A stretch of DNA of 64,000 bases, taken from positions 1,472,672-1,536,671 of the forward strand of contig NW_003314268.1 of assembly GCF_000143415.4 (NCBI RefSeq). Direction: 5' to 3'. Origin of the DNA: Selaginella moellendorffii. Lineage: Eukaryota > Plantae > Lycopodiophyta. Numbering within the stretch: position 1 is the first letter of the stretch; every line of letters begins with the position of its first letter. The notes under the pieces were generated by a model. It worked only from the letters and a program-made list of their open reading frames with translations, had not been told where the DNA came from and ran no database searches. This document shows positions 61,902 through 64,000 of the stretch, piece by piece. Made by a program: the position numbers and the translations under genes.

Positions 61902-63814
61902 CTAATACAAATAACTTGTGCTTGACAAGTTCTTCAAGTTTTCGAGCTCTTTGCCTTGCGCAATGCCTGGATCAATATGACAAACCTGAAGCAGCAAGAA
62001 AAATCATTCCAGAGAAACACATACGCACACAAAAAAACCGAAGAAGAGAACAAGTATGTACCTGATAAGCTGCTCTCTTGAGCGTATGAACTCCACGTTT
62101 TATAAGCTTTTGCCATCCAGTTTTCGCTCGTAAAGCTTTCACGAGTTCTTCTGTCCGCTGCCAAAGGACGTATCATCAACGAAACAGCAAAGCATAGCAA
62201 AGTTACCTGTGATGGATCAAAAACTAAAAGGAACGCTTCTTCCGGCCCGCCTAGCTTCCTTCTTCTTTGAATCCCCACAATTGTCCTAGAATGCCCCTGA
62301 TGCTGAAAGTAAAGAGGCCTGCAAGAGAAAAGTTTCAATGAGCACAGAGAAAATCTCATCAAAGAACACGCAAAGAAATACTCACGGTCGTCTGGAGATG
62401 ATAACCAGCGGCTGGCGATTCTCTACATGGTCCCTGTCCTCCTCCGTGTAATAGTTCCACACCCAGTCCACAAGCCGCTGGTGATTATAATCCTCGAAGT
62501 CACCCCCACAAGCCTTCGGCGATGGCTTTTCAATCCTCTCAAACTCATGCGACCGTCCTGGCTGATTTTTAAAGCACACGAAGCAGAGATCACAATCCTG
62601 TTGCTTGCTGCTCGAGAACCTCGGACCACGAATCGGATACATCCCGCAAGAATCACAGTGAGCGTTCCAGTGCTGAACTATACCTCTCTCGGAGTCGTTT
62701 TGCTGCCTTGGCCCGGCTCTCTTCGCAACCCTCTTGGATGGAACTTTACCACCGGTCGTTCTCGTCAGTGCCTTGAAGTCGACGATTCTAGCACGAACTC
62801 CAAACAGTCTCAGCAGCGCAGCACACTCTGTCGTTCCAATCCATTTCTGCGAACCGTATATGGCACCGTTGAAGTGCTCGGCTCCATCCGAGTCGAATCC
62901 TTTCGACCAGGCGATCTCGAGCCACTGCTGCAGAGCTGCTATCGTCGGCACAAACCCGGCTCCTCCAAACAAAGCTTTCCTGTAGGCTTCATCTCTCGCG
63001 AGGAGATAAGAGCTAAGCATCTGTATGTTCCGCCACCCGCAGCCCCATCCCAGATCATGGCTAGTGCTCTGATAATGATCGATGAAACTCGTAAGTGCGT
63101 AGGCCGAGGGCCTTTGCTGCTCGGCCACCACGCACTTGCGGAGAAGATCGATGAAGCCTTCTTCAACCGGAACAAAACTATCTCTTTCCTGCGAAGCTAT
63201 GACTGCCGGAATCTCCCACGGACAACCATCTCGAGAGCTGGATGGACGAGCAGCAAAGAACTGTTCCTGCTGTTGCTGCTCCTGCTGGCTACTGCTACCG
63301 GTATCTAGAGGATTCTCGACGAGCTGCCAGAGTCGAAAGTTTCAATCAAAACTGGCCAGAAAACTGGAAAAACAATTCGACTCACGAACAGTGCTCTTCT
63401 CACTCTTGGCACTCTCCCTTTCCGAGCAAAGTTACCTCAAAGTGTACCGACTGACGAGCATTCAAGGAAAACAATGAGCTCTCCCATTCTACCACACTAT
63501 TAAACAAGCGGTCCTAAAACACTGGAAACGTTAGCGAGAGAAAAGAAAAAAAAATGTAGAGAAGAACACAAAGAAAAACAAAAAAATGCGGGAGACAAGG
63601 ACGCACTCACTTGCGCTCGGGCAAACTCCTCGTCCCTCTCGATCTGCTCCTGATCCAGGTGCTCATTCACATGCCTGATACCCCAAAAATCGAATGAACG
63701 CCCACAACCGAAGCTAACTCGCGAGATCTTGGGATCTACTAGATCCCAAAAGCCCTGCGCTTACCGATCGAGATCGCCATCGTCCACCGCGCACCCGCAA
63801 ACGGGGCAGTCCAT
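61902..63814 (-). CDS. ZUP1: ZUP1/ZUFSP-like peptidase C78 with N-terminal Zn finger and inserted ZZ finger, multi-exon
   Basis: MDCPVC...HVNEHL (UBZ-like), QIERDEEFARAQ (MIU-like), DLGWGCGWRNIQML, KWIGTTE, YFQHQGHSRTIVG, LVFDP. Ends ...TSYLY*. Confidence 0.88.
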
Positions 63815-64000
63815 CGCTTCCCGCCCGCCAAGAGCCCTAAACCATTTCAAACCAGATGGCGATTCATAGTTCTTACCGTGCAAAATGTAACGTTTGCCGT
63901 ACATAAGGTTTCAAAGATAAGAATATCGCACGAATAATCATGTCGTACAACCCATCGATTAAGAATGTCCTTCGAACAATCATGCCGTACTACCGCCCAA

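Noticed and set aside
62427-63308. 293-aa plus-strand ORF
   Set aside because: Antisense shadow of the ZUP1 exon with no recognisable motifs.

Overview
Compact plant genomic DNA with very short (about 50-60 nt) GT-AG introns, resembling a lycophyte such as Selaginella (inference). Five apparently intact host genes are all on the minus strand: an intronless GDSL esterase, MCM-binding protein ETG1/MCMBP, a CYP71-clan P450, DNA polymerase lambda and a ZUP1/C78 peptidase. There is also a degraded P450 paralog. About 37 kb (19.6-56.9 kb) is a nested transposon pile that can be ordered from target-site duplications. A Ty3/gypsy chromovirus (A, 20734-53383) contains a TRIM, a self-priming Tcn1/Tf1-like chromovirus (C) and an apparently non-autonomous LTR element (B). 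B in turn holds a solo LTR and an 11.25-kb DNA transposon (34561-45812) with perfect 24-bp TIRs and a TTTT TSD, supported by an empty site in this window. That transposon is the most unusual object. It encodes a Sola-like transposase and, divergently, a ParB/DGQHR-like plus DNA-methyltransferase-like protein and an FCP1/NIF phosphatase-like protein. About 19 copies of a 22-bp palindrome (ATGGCRTGWGGCCWCAYGCCAT) lie across it and were not seen elsewhere in the window. This suggests a transposon-encoded, sequence-specific self-recognition or anti-silencing system. All homology calls are by motif recognition; no searches were run.
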